Of a stretch of 36,089 nt of DNA, positions 7,265 to 15,216 are shown piece after piece. Origin of the DNA: a virus (lineage: Duplodnaviria > Caudoviricetes); IMG/VR virus record IMGVR_UViG_3300026983_000007, positions 1 through 36,089 of that record; one strand, given 5' to 3'. Made by a program: the position numbers and the translations under genes. Position 1 is the first letter of the stretch, and every line of letters begins with the position of its first letter. The notes beneath the pieces were generated by a model. The model worked only from the letters and a program-made list of their open reading frames with translations. It ran no database searches and had not been told where the DNA came from.

Positions 7265-7499
7265 GGCTTGGTCCTTCGCTTAGTGGATACAGAATCCGGT
7301 AAAACTCGGCGTACTTCAGTCGAATATGTTCCGCTACGACACTTGCCGAAGCCTCGCGCCGGTATTCATTACCACCATGATCGATCGCAAAGCACAATTT
7401 AGATGCAATAGCAATGGCTATCGAAAGACCTTCTAAAGTGCCTTTTTCGAACTCTCCGGAAATTCCGGATTGTTCATTCATTATCGTTATATCGCTCAC
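7257..7499 (-). CDS. Hypothetical protein between repeats E and D
   Basis: GTG start supplied by repeat E; ends inside repeat D; visibly AT-richer. Confidence 0.7.
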   Translation of the reverse strand: MSDITIMNEQSGISGEFEKGTLEGLSIAIAIASKLCFAIDHGGNEYRREASASVVAEHIRLKYAEFYRILYPLSEGPSHE

Positions 7500-7924
7500 T
7501 CGCCCTCCCCTTGGCCTAGCGCTTCGCCATCTACTGATTTGTTACTAATTTCGTCACGATTAGTAGTAAGGGCGTTGCCTTGTCCTTCGCCTAGCGCGGC
7601 TTGGAGGGCGGCGCGCGCAATCTCGTCAATACGGTCAGGCTGATCCCTTACCTCGCCACCGCCGATGCGTGAAAGGGCGTCAACAAGGCGGCATTCGTCG
7701 TCTGTGTAATCGTGAAGATGATCAACCACGGCGCGCGCCGCATCGATCAGGTCTGCCACGACGGCGCAGGCTTGCGTTAGCTCGCGATCAATGCGCGAAG
7801 ACTCACCATCGTCGATCATTAGGATCGAACCGTTGTAGCCCGGCAACTCAGGTAGATTCCCAATGAGTAGCGCCGATTGGTTCATCACCGCCAGCACATC
7901 AACCTTCTGCGTCTCGGTGCTCAT
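7496..7924 (-). CDS. Hypothetical mosaic early protein
   Basis: VDVLAVM N-terminal motif; two repeat E copies in the C-terminus. Confidence 0.75.
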   Translation of the reverse strand: MSTETQKVDVLAVMNQSALLIGNLPELPGYNGSILMIDDGESSRIDRELTQACAVVADLIDAARAVVDHLHDYTDDECRLVDALSRIGGGEVRDQPDRIDEIARAALQAALGEGQGNALTTNRDEISNKSVDGEALGQGEGE

Positions 7925-8160
7925 GCTGTCATCTCCTGACTGGCCGCGTCGGTAACGTCGGCGTGATGGATCAGCGAAGCCGCGAAAGCCCGCGCCTCGG
8001 CGGTCGTGCCCATGAACCGCACCTCAAGTCCGGTTATGGCATCGGTGTGGAAGGTGAAGCAGATCGTGGGATCACGTCCATCGGTCAGCCCGGCCAACGT
8101 TACCTTCGTGCTTCCCAAGGTGGCGACGCTATTAGTACGGATTACGTTGCGGTAGCTCAT
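7921..8160 (-). CDS. Hypothetical protein
   Basis: ATG 8160 overlapping upstream stop, GGAG upstream. Confidence 0.7.
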   Translation of the reverse strand: MSYRNVIRTNSVATLGSTKVTLAGLTDGRDPTICFTFHTDAITGLEVRFMGTTAEARAFAASLIHHADVTDAASQEMTA

Positions 8161-8423
8161 GCCTTTTTCTCCGTCAGTTCGCAGCACAGGTCATACAGTT
8201 CTTGCAGGTGACGCTCGGCCAACATCTCGTAAGCCTTCGCCAGCACGGCGTCACTCGCGTATCCCGTGCGGTACACCTCGGGATGGCAGGTGTTGTCACG
8301 CGGCAACGTGATTTCCACCTTCTCCACGCGGATCGTCGTGTGGGTCTGCAACGCCTGCACGTTGGCGTAGGCCGCACCACCGAAGGCGCGGAGCGTGGCA
8401 TCAAAGACGGGGTTATGGGTCAT
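8157..8423 (-). CDS. Hypothetical protein, first gene of leftward operon
   Basis: GGACCCAAGCC-ATG start context resembles repeat D. Confidence 0.7.
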   Translation of the reverse strand: MTHNPVFDATLRAFGGAAYANVQALQTHTTIRVEKVEITLPRDNTCHPEVYRTGYASDAVLAKAYEMLAERHLQELYDLCCELTEKKA

Positions 8424-8454
8424 GGCTTGGGTCCGTTTGTCTTGGGTGACAAGC

Positions 8455-8483
8455 ATATTCCGCCCGCGTGGATTTCTTGTCAA
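8455..8483 (-). promoter_or_regulatory. Leftward sigma70-type promoter
   Basis: TTGACA-17 nt-GAATAT on the minus strand. Confidence 0.65.
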
Positions 8484-8497
8484 GCGTTTTATTCCAC

Positions 8498-8526
8498 TTG
8501 CGCGAAAATAAATTTAGCAGTACCTT
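8498..8526 (+). promoter_or_regulatory. Rightward sigma70-type promoter
   Basis: TTGCGC-17 nt AT-rich-TACCTT. Confidence 0.6.
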
Positions 8527-8554
8527 CCACTCCGACATAACCGGAGTGACACCG

Positions 8555-8788
8555 ATGCCTGAAGTTACCGAAAACCCTAACTGGCAAGAGATCGTTGGTG
8601 ATCTCAATGAGTCCATGAGCCTAAGGGCGATGGGCGAAGCCTGCGGCCTGTCGCTTCAGGCTATCCATGACCTCAAGTCAGGACGTAACGCGGAGCCCCG
8701 CTACGGCGCGGGGAAAACCCTCATGCGCCTTCACCAGCGCGAAAAGAACAAACAGACCCGCAGGGCTAACAAGGAGGCCAACGTATGA
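8555..8788 (+). CDS. Cro-like / XRE HTH regulator
   Basis: GGAG RBS; SLRAMGEACGLSLQAIHDLKSG...EP; no peptidase domain; first rightward gene. Confidence 0.8.
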   Translation: MPEVTENPNWQEIVGDLNESMSLRAMGEACGLSLQAIHDLKSGRNAEPRYGAGKTLMRLHQREKNKQTRRANKEANV

Positions 8789-8868
8789 CCACCATGATTG
8801 TCTGCTTCGTGCTGGCGTGCTGCGTCAGCTACACCTACGGTTTCATCAACGGGAGGCGGGCATCGTGA
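8785..8868 (+). CDS. 27-aa hydrophobic peptide (not in ORF track)
   Basis: AAGGAGG RBS, ATGA overlap; MTTMIVCFVLACCVSYTYGFINGRRAS. Confidence 0.6.
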   Translation: MTTMIVCFVLACCVSYTYGFINGRRAS

Positions 8869-9047
8869 GCCGCATCACTCTCAATCACACTGCCTGGGAC
8901 ATGCACCAGCATGATGCCCGCATCCTTCCCGATGGCTCCATTGCCGTTGGCGAAGGCGAGCTGCTCGATCTGAAGGCGCGGCTTTGGCTAAACCACAACG
9001 CACAAGAAACCGCCCATGGCCGCGCCAGTGACGAGGTGACCGCATGA
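8865..9047 (+). CDS. Hypothetical 60-aa protein
   Basis: GGAGG RBS, GTGA overlap. Confidence 0.6.
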   Translation: MSRITLNHTAWDMHQHDARILPDGSIAVGEGELLDLKARLWLNHNAQETAHGRASDEVTA

Positions 9048-9259
9048 GCCGCCCGGCCACGTTTCGACCCGTCCTTGAAGCGGAGCTAGCCCAAGGCGCC
9101 AAGACGATTGAGGATCTCAGCAACGCGACCGGTCGAAGCCGCAGCGCGGTGTATTCCTCACTATCCAAGATGGAAGCCATGGGCATCGTATGCCGCGTGG
9201 GAACGATCCACACGGGACGCCAGTTCGCCTATCGCTTTGCACTGCGGGGTGCACCATGA
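9044..9259 (+). CDS. Winged-helix DNA-binding protein
   Basis: KTIEDLSNATGRSRSAVYSSLSKMEAMGIV. Confidence 0.75.
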   Translation: MSRPATFRPVLEAELAQGAKTIEDLSNATGRSRSAVYSSLSKMEAMGIVCRVGTIHTGRQFAYRFALRGAP

Positions 9260-10647
9260 GCTATGACGCGCTGCTAGCCGCCAAACTGGCCCTTTTGATG
9301 CCGTCGGGCCTCCCTGACGTGGAGTCGTTGACGCTCCCCGATGGCTTATTCCCCTATCAGGATGCGCTCGTTCGGTGGTCCCTCCGTCGGGGACGCGCGG
9401 CCATCTTTGCCGATACGGGACTCGGCAAGACCCGCATGCAGTTGAGCTGGGCCAAGCTGGTATATGAGCATGTCGGGTGCCGCGTGCTGATCCTGGCGCC
9501 ACTGGCGGTGGCCGAACAGACCGTGCACGAAGGTCAAGCCATGGGCATTGTCGTCACCCATGCGCGGGAACCGCACCAGGTCAGTGAGGGCATCACCATC
9601 ACCAACTACGACCGGCTGCACAAGTTTGATACGTCGCAGTTCGGCGCGGTCGTGCTGGATGAATCCTCGTGTATCAAGCATCACGACACGCGCACGCTGG
9701 CGACCTTGCTGACGGCGTTTGCTACCACGCCTTACAAGCTATGCGCCACGGCCACGCCCGCTCCGAACGATTGGACGGAACTGGGCACCCACGCGGAGTT
9801 CCTGGGGGTGTGCACCCGCGCCGAGATGCTGGCGGAGTATTTCGTGCATGACGGCGCCGAGACGCAGGTATGGCGCCTGAAAGGCCACGCGCGCACGCAG
9901 TTTTGGCGCTGGGTGGCTTCCTGGGGCGCCTTGGTGCGTCGTCCCTCCGACCTAGGCGACGATGACAGCCGGCATGCGTTGCCACCCTTGACGCTGACCG
10001 AGCACATGATTGCCACCGACGCGGCCGCGGCCGGCATGCTGTTTGCGTTGGAAGCGCAGACGTTGAGTGAGCGCCGCAATGCCCGCAAAGCGTCGCTAAC
10101 GGATCGGGTCGCCGCGTGTGCGGCGCTGGTCAATGCCGATGCGCAGCCGTGGATCGTGTGGTGCGACCTGAACGCCGAATCACAAGCGTTGGTGAAGGCG
10201 ATCCCGGATGCCGTGGAGATCACGGGTTCGGATGATTCGGACGTGAAAGAACAGCGGCTAGCGGACTTTGCAGAAGGGCGCATCCGCGTGCTGGTCAGCA
10301 AGCCATCGATCTGTGGCTGGGGGCTGAACTGGCAACACTGCGCACGCATGGCCTTCGTGGGCGTCACGGACAGCTTTGAGGCCTATTACCAGGCCGTGCG
10401 GCGGTGCTGGCGCTTTGGCCAGACACGGCCGGTGTCGGTCCATCTGTTCGCTAGCCAGCTGGAAGGTGCCGTGCTGGCCAACCTCAAGCGCAAGGAGGCC
10501 GACGCCATCGCGATGGCTGAGTCGCTCTCGGCGGAAACGCAAGACGCCGTGCGGGCCGAAGTCGGCGCGCTGATTCGTCAAACCAATACCTATCACGCCA
10601 ACGCGGCCGTCCTGGCCCCGGCATGGCTCACCACGGAGCACGCATGA
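9256..10647 (+). CDS. SF2 (SNF2-like) helicase/ATPase
   Basis: DTGLGKT, LDES, TATP, WGLN, QAVRRCWRFGQ motifs; start at ATGA overlap. Confidence 0.9.
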   Translation: MSYDALLAAKLALLMPSGLPDVESLTLPDGLFPYQDALVRWSLRRGRAAIFADTGLGKTRMQLSWAKLVYEHVGCRVLILAPLAVAEQTVHEGQAMGIVVTHAREPHQVSEGITITNYDRLHKFDTSQFGAVVLDESSCIKHHDTRTLATLLTAFATTPYKLCATATPAPNDWTELGTHAEFLGVCTRAEMLAEYFVHDGAETQVWRLKGHARTQFWRWVASWGALVRRPSDLGDDDSRHALPPLTLTEHMIATDAAAAGMLFALEAQTLSERRNARKASLTDRVAACAALVNADAQPWIVWCDLNAESQALVKAIPDAVEITGSDDSDVKEQRLADFAEGRIRVLVSKPSICGWGLNWQHCARMAFVGVTDSFEAYYQAVRRCWRFGQTRPVSVHLFASQLEGAVLANLKRKEADAIAMAESLSAETQDAVRAEVGALIRQTNTYHANAAVLAPAWLTTEHA

Positions 10648-11513
10648 ACACGATTGACCAAGTGATGACCGACAAGTACGCGCTGTACCACGGCGACTGC
10701 GTCGAGGTATTGAAAGGACTCCCCGAGAAAAGCGTGGACTACTCCATCTTCTCGCCGCCGTTTGCCAGCCTCTACACCTATTCCAACAGCCCGCGCGACA
10801 TGGGCAACTGCCGCAACGACGCGGACTTCTTCGACCATTTCAGCTACCTGGTGCGCGAGCTTCGGCGCGTGATGAAGCCGGGCCGCAACGTCAGCTTTCA
10901 TTGCATGCTGTTGCCGACCAGCAAGGAACGTGATGGCTACATTGGGTTGAAGGACTTTCGCGGCGACCTGATCCGGGCGTTTCAGGCGGAAGGCTTCATC
11001 TTTGCCAGTGAAGTGGTCATCTGGAAAGACCCTGTGACCGCGATGCAGCGCACCAAGGCGCTGGGCCTTTTGCACAAGACGGTGCGCGAGAACGCCTCCA
11101 TGAGCCGGCAGGGCATCCCGGACTACTTGGTCACCATGCGCGCGCCCGGAGAGATTATCGACCGCGTGCGGCACGACCCTGCGCAGTACCCAGTGGACCG
11201 ATGGCAGAAGGTCGCCAGCCCGGTCTGGATGGACATCAACCCGAACGATACCCTGCAGTTCCGCAGCGCCCGCGAGCACGACGACGAACGCCACATCTGC
11301 CCGCTGCAGCTGGAGGTCATCCGTCGCGGTATTGAGCTGTGGACCAATCCTGGCGACATCGTGCTCACCCCGTTCCTCGGCATCGGCTCGGAAGCGTATA
11401 CCGCCGTCGAACTGGAACGCCGGGCCATCGGTGTGGAACTGAAAACCAGCTATTTCGAGCAGGCCGTGAAGAATCTGGCGTCGCTGTCGTCGCAAGCGTC
11501 GCTGTTCGCATGA
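10644..11513 (+). CDS. Beta-class N4-cytosine/N6-adenine DNA methyltransferase
   Basis: GDC, SPPF catalytic motif before PFLGIGS SAM-binding motif, GVE. Confidence 0.9.
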   Translation: MNTIDQVMTDKYALYHGDCVEVLKGLPEKSVDYSIFSPPFASLYTYSNSPRDMGNCRNDADFFDHFSYLVRELRRVMKPGRNVSFHCMLLPTSKERDGYIGLKDFRGDLIRAFQAEGFIFASEVVIWKDPVTAMQRTKALGLLHKTVRENASMSRQGIPDYLVTMRAPGEIIDRVRHDPAQYPVDRWQKVASPVWMDINPNDTLQFRSAREHDDERHICPLQLEVIRRGIELWTNPGDIVLTPFLGIGSEAYTAVELERRAIGVELKTSYFEQAVKNLASLSSQASLFA

Positions 11514-11567
11514 GCCTTCCAGACGCGGGACATGGGACGGGGCGACGATCGCCCCTAGGGGTTGACG

Positions 11568-12467
11568 ATGCGTGACTATGGGCGAATTTCCCCGAACTTC
11601 TGGACGGGGGAAACTGGCAAGGCGATCAAGGCGCACGGTCCCGAGGCGGTCATCATGGCCGTTTACCTGATGACTTCACCGCTCTCCAATATGCTCGGGA
11701 TGTACTACCAGCCGATTTTGTACGCCGCACATGAAACCGGGCTGGGCTTCGAAGGGGCTTCGAAGGGGCTTGCAAGGTGCATCGATGCAGGGTTCTGCCT
11801 GTATGACCATCCCAGCGAAATGGTATGGGTTGTGGAAATGGCTAAGTATCAGATTGCCAAGCATTTAAAGGCTGATGACAAACGCTGTCTGGGCATCCAG
11901 AAGGACTACAGCCAGCTGCCGGACAACCCGTTTTTGGAACCGTTTTTCGACCGCTATTGCAGTGATTTCCACCTCAAGGAAAAACGACGTTCCCGAAGGC
12001 CCTTCGAAGCCCCTTCGAAGCAATTAACAGGAGCAGGAGCAATACAGGAGCAGGAACAGGAACAAGCGCAGGAGCAGGAACAGGATATTTCCCCTGCTAA
12101 CGCAGGGGGTGGACAATTCGCATGCGTATGGTCTAAACCCGAGCCGGCCAAGCCCGTCAACGGACGTCCCAAGGCCACGGTCGAGTTCGCCAAGGTGGTG
12201 GAGCTTTACCACGAGGTGCTCACGCCCCCGCTGCCCCGCGTCGAGAAGCTCACCGACAAGCGCAAGGGACAGATCCGCCAGCGATGGGAACAGGATCTCC
12301 CCAACGTCGAGGCGTGGCGAAACTTCTTTGACGACGTGGCCGCATCCGCGTTCCTCATGGGCCGCGTGCCTGGCAACAACGGCCGGCCGCCATTCCGGGC
12401 TGATCTCGAATGGATCACCAATTCCACCAACTTCACCGCCATCGCGGAGGGTAAGTACCATCGATGA
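11568..12467 (+). CDS. Phage replication initiation protein
   Basis: MRDYGRISPNFW N-terminus, QEQEQE linker, C-terminal ADLEWI...EGKY; internal iteron-like repeats. Confidence 0.75.
   Translation: MRDYGRISPNFWTGETGKAIKAHGPEAVIMAVYLMTSPLSNMLGMYYQPILYAAHETGLGFEGASKGLARCIDAGFCLYDHPSEMVWVVEMAKYQIAKHLKADDKRCLGIQKDYSQLPDNPFLEPFFDRYCSDFHLKEKRRSRRPFEAPSKQLTGAGAIQEQEQEQAQEQEQDISPANAGGGQFACVWSKPEPAKPVNGRPKATVEFAKVVELYHEVLTPPLPRVEKLTDKRKGQIRQRWEQDLPNVEAWRNFFDDVAASAFLMGRVPGNNGRPPFRADLEWITNSTNFTAIAEGKYHR
11746..12021. repeat. Iteron-like repeats; candidate origin
   Basis: GCTTCGAAGGG x2 plus a variant at 11746-11777; perfect 22-bp inverted copy at 12000-12021. Confidence 0.7.
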
Positions 12468-12763
12468 AATATTCGCAGCGCGTCCAGCGTGACGACGAAC
12501 GCCCGGCCGTTCCGACCTACTGCGGCAACAAGGGCTGCGGTTCCATCTGGCATCCGCCCAAGGACGGCCATGAGGGGTTCTACTCGCGCGGGTTTGCCGA
12601 TATCGCGGTCCACCTTCCCGACCGCACGATCTACCGCTGCCAGAAATGCTATTACGACACCCTGGACGGCCACGGTAAGACCCAGCATCAGGTGGCGTCC
12701 GCCGAGTACGGCAAGCGCCATGGCGACAAGGAGGCCGACCATCGTGGCTACGACCACCATTGA
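12464..12763 (+). CDS. Hypothetical Cys-containing protein
   Basis: ATGA overlap, GGAGG upstream; CGNKGC, CQKC. Confidence 0.65.
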   Translation: MKYSQRVQRDDERPAVPTYCGNKGCGSIWHPPKDGHEGFYSRGFADIAVHLPDRTIYRCQKCYYDTLDGHGKTQHQVASAEYGKRHGDKEADHRGYDHH

Positions 12764-12910
12764 TCGATTGCCCTTGTGGCTCATGAATGGTCCTATGAAG
12801 GATTCGCGCGCTTACCTATGCCTAGGTATACCCCATGGGCTGCGCGCCTCTCCTTGGGCTTCCTGTGAGGTTTTGAGCATGGTTCACGGTGACATCAAGG
12901 ATGATTCGCT

Positions 12911-13144
12911 ATGAGAACCTCGACTCCCGATCATCTTATCGACCGCGTGGGCCGTGCGCTGCTCTTGGAGCCCATGACCCGCGAAGACCTCGCCCTCGCG
13001 CTGCACGAAACCACCAAGAACGTGTGCCGGGAGCTTCGCCACTTGATCGATTCCAGCCACGTCGCCACCACGAACCACGATTTCAAGCCGCGCTATTTCC
13101 TGACACGGCGCGGACGGGTATGGGCTGAAGGAGGAAGTGCATGA
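12911..13144 (+). CDS. Putative winged-helix protein
   Basis: MTREDLALALHETTKNVCRELRHL...YFLTRRG. Confidence 0.65.
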   Translation: MRTSTPDHLIDRVGRALLLEPMTREDLALALHETTKNVCRELRHLIDSSHVATTNHDFKPRYFLTRRGRVWAEGGSA

Positions 13145-13617
13145 CAGCCCATGACTTCACGGAACTGGTCCTTGGCTACCCCATCTCCGCCAACCGGTAC
13201 TGGGCCAGCTATGTGCCGAAGGGTAAAAGCCGCGCCATTACCTACGTCACGGATGAGGCCAAGGCCTACCGGCGGGACTGCCAAGTGCGCGCGATGCTGG
13301 CCGGGATTCGCAAGCCGTTGATGGGCCGCATCGAGCTGCATCTCGACCTCTACCCGAGACGCCCTAAGGATTGGGCCAAGCGCGCCGCCAAAGACCCGGA
13401 CTATTGGGACGATGATGTCCTATGCATCGACTTGGGCAATTGCGAGAAGATCACCAGCGATGCCTTGAACGGCATTGCCTGGACCGATGACAAGAACATC
13501 CGGCGCATGGTCAAGAACCGCCATGCGCCCGACGACCACGGAGCCCGCTTGGTGGTGCGCTTTCGTGAACTTATTCCGACGCCGATGGGGCCGACGAATG
13601 CCGGGAGCATGACATGA
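13141..13617 (+). CDS. rusA: RusA-family Holliday junction resolvase
   Basis: PISANRYW, DLGN..K...DALNGIAWTDD. Confidence 0.88.
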   Translation: MTAHDFTELVLGYPISANRYWASYVPKGKSRAITYVTDEAKAYRRDCQVRAMLAGIRKPLMGRIELHLDLYPRRPKDWAKRAAKDPDYWDDDVLCIDLGNCEKITSDALNGIAWTDDKNIRRMVKNRHAPDDHGARLVVRFRELIPTPMGPTNAGSMT

Positions 13618-13718
13618 TCGATCCTCACGACGAGGTGACCCTAGCGCTGCTCGATCTCGGGCTAGCCATTGCGATTGCTGTCATCATCGCAGTGCCATTG
13701 ATGGTATGGCTGGAGTAA
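13614..13718 (+). CDS. 34-aa single-TM peptide (not in ORF track)
   Basis: GGAG RBS, ATGA overlap; LGLAIAIAVIIAVPLMVWL. Confidence 0.55.
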   Translation: MIDPHDEVTLALLDLGLAIAIAVIIAVPLMVWLE

Positions 13719-13785
13719 GTCGCACCGGTAATTAGTGAACCATTTTCAGTTATGGGTTTTATTTTTCGCTTTATGGGGATACGAC

Positions 13786-13992
13786 ATGACCGACCTTCGC
13801 CAGCGATGGGACGATGATCAACGCAAGAAACGGGAGGCTAGGGCTAGGCAGGAGGCCATCGACTCGGACATTGCGCGCTATGGGGAGTCCTACGCTCGCA
13901 TCCATCTTGGTGATGATGGCTCGCTGATCATGGAGCATCTGCCGCGTGAGATGGTCAGGCCGCTTCTCTTGGGCACGCTGGTGGATGCATGA
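13786..13992 (+). CDS. Hypothetical protein
   Basis: GGGGA RBS before ATG 13786. Confidence 0.6.
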   Translation: MTDLRQRWDDDQRKKREARARQEAIDSDIARYGESYARIHLGDDGSLIMEHLPREMVRPLLLGTLVDA

Positions 13993-14327
13993 ACCGCGAG
14001 CAGCGCCGTAACCAGTTCCTTCTGGCAGGTCATCTGTTCCGTGCCGTGCAAGCGGTAAGGGCGTCCTCGACGCATGCCGATAGCCTGGATGCCCAGCGTA
14101 AGGTGGAGCAGGCAAGCAAGGCGCTGTATGCCTTCCACGAATCGTGCATCATCGATGCTAGGCGACAGGGGAAGCCTTCATGCGATGCGACAAGCGAGGC
14201 TGGGCCAATGAGCACAGCGCCCGGCGAAAGCTCACCGAAATCCGGCGTAAACGGGACCGGTGCCAAGCGGCGCGGAAGGTCGAAGTTAGGGCCTACCAAT
14301 GTCCCCATTGCCAGCACTGGCATCTGA
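13989..14327 (+). CDS. Hypothetical protein
   Basis: ATGA overlap; 3' third overlaps the next gene. Confidence 0.5.
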   Translation: MNREQRRNQFLLAGHLFRAVQAVRASSTHADSLDAQRKVEQASKALYAFHESCIIDARRQGKPSCDATSEAGPMSTAPGESSPKSGVNGTGAKRRGRSKLGPTNVPIASTGI

Positions 14328-14404
14328 CGAGCCATACAGAGGACTACACGCTTCCTAGCCGTCGTCGGCCTCTGAAGGTTTACCAGGAAGCGGAAGAGGC
14401 GTGA
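14180..14404 (+). CDS. Small zinc-ribbon phage protein
   Basis: RAYQCPHCQHWHLTS, the common phage YxCxxCxxWHLT pattern; GGGGA RBS. Confidence 0.75.
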   Translation: MRCDKRGWANEHSARRKLTEIRRKRDRCQAARKVEVRAYQCPHCQHWHLTSHTEDYTLPSRRRPLKVYQEAEEA

Positions 14405-14407
14405 CCC

Positions 14408-14686
14408 ATGAACACGATAATCTTCCTACTGGGAGGCCTACTTGCCTTCCAGATCATTCAAACCATCATAGGAGTCAGGAACATGAGCAACACCGCTAAC
14501 CTCACCGCTGCTGTCACGGCCTTGCAGGCGTCACAGTCGGCGCTTACGGACGCTGTCGGCCGTGCCACCAATGGCAGCGATCAGGCCGCTATCGACAATG
14601 CCACCAGCGCGATCCAGTCGGTTCAGACGGCGCTTGACTCGGCCACCACTCAGCTTGGCGGCACGCCGCCCGTGTCGGCAGGCTGA
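14408..14686 (+). CDS. Membrane-anchored coiled-coil protein with possible internal start at 14483
   Basis: Hydrophobic N-terminus; Ala-rich heptads. Confidence 0.7.
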   Translation: MNTIIFLLGGLLAFQIIQTIIGVRNMSNTANLTAAVTALQASQSALTDAVGRATNGSDQAAIDNATSAIQSVQTALDSATTQLGGTPPVSAG

Positions 14687-14761
14687 CCCTTAGCGGGGGA
14701 CGCGTGAGAAAGTTCCGCTTAAAAGCACAGTCACGCTGACAGCCGGGAAAGACCGGCATCC

Positions 14762-14790
14762 TTGATCGACCGATGATACTGGCGTAGATT
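14762..14790 (+). promoter_or_regulatory. Candidate late promoter
   Basis: TTGATC-17 nt-TAGATT. Confidence 0.55.
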
Positions 14791-14815
14791 TCGCCCATCC
14801 AACCGGGACAAGCCC

Positions 14816-15136
14816 ATGATCACTGCCGCCAAGCGTGCCAGCCTGCCGAAGTCGAAGTTTGGTCTTCCGGCGCAGGAGAAATATCCGGTAGACACGGCCG
14901 CCAGGGCCCGCAACGCCAAGGCCCGCGCCGCGCAGCAGGTAGGCAAGTCGATCACCCCGGCACAGAAGGCGCAGATTGACCGCAAGGCCAACCCGGTGAT
15001 CACGAAGGCCGGCGGCAACCCGGCACCGGTCAAGGGAAGCTCCGCGCCGATGCCCAAGGCCAAAAAGAATCCGCTGCACAAAAACCCCAAGCCGATGGGC
15101 GCCACCGGCCAGATGAACAAGTTCTTCAGCAGCTAA
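14816..15136 (+). CDS. Basic protein, DUF6582-like
   Basis: RASLPKSKFGLP...YPVDTAARARNAKAR; Lys/Pro-rich tail. Confidence 0.75.
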   Translation: MITAAKRASLPKSKFGLPAQEKYPVDTAARARNAKARAAQQVGKSITPAQKAQIDRKANPVITKAGGNPAPVKGSSAPMPKAKKNPLHKNPKPMGATGQMNKFFSS

Positions 15137-15216
15137 ACGCGTTCACACCCTGGGAGCTCCCTCCCTTGCCGCCCTCGTCGTGAGACGGAATGGTCCGATG
15201 GGCACCGACGCGCAGA

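Noticed and set aside
10593-11636. 347-aa minus-strand ORF
   Set aside because: Antisense shadow of the methyltransferase in GC-rich DNA
12489-12914. 141-aa plus-strand ORF
   Set aside because: Out-of-frame overlap with the coupled 12464-12763 gene; no motif or clear RBS
15176-15187. GTCGTGAGAC matching a 23S rRNA hairpin
   Set aside because: Too short, no flanking rRNA similarity; a generic GNRA hairpin
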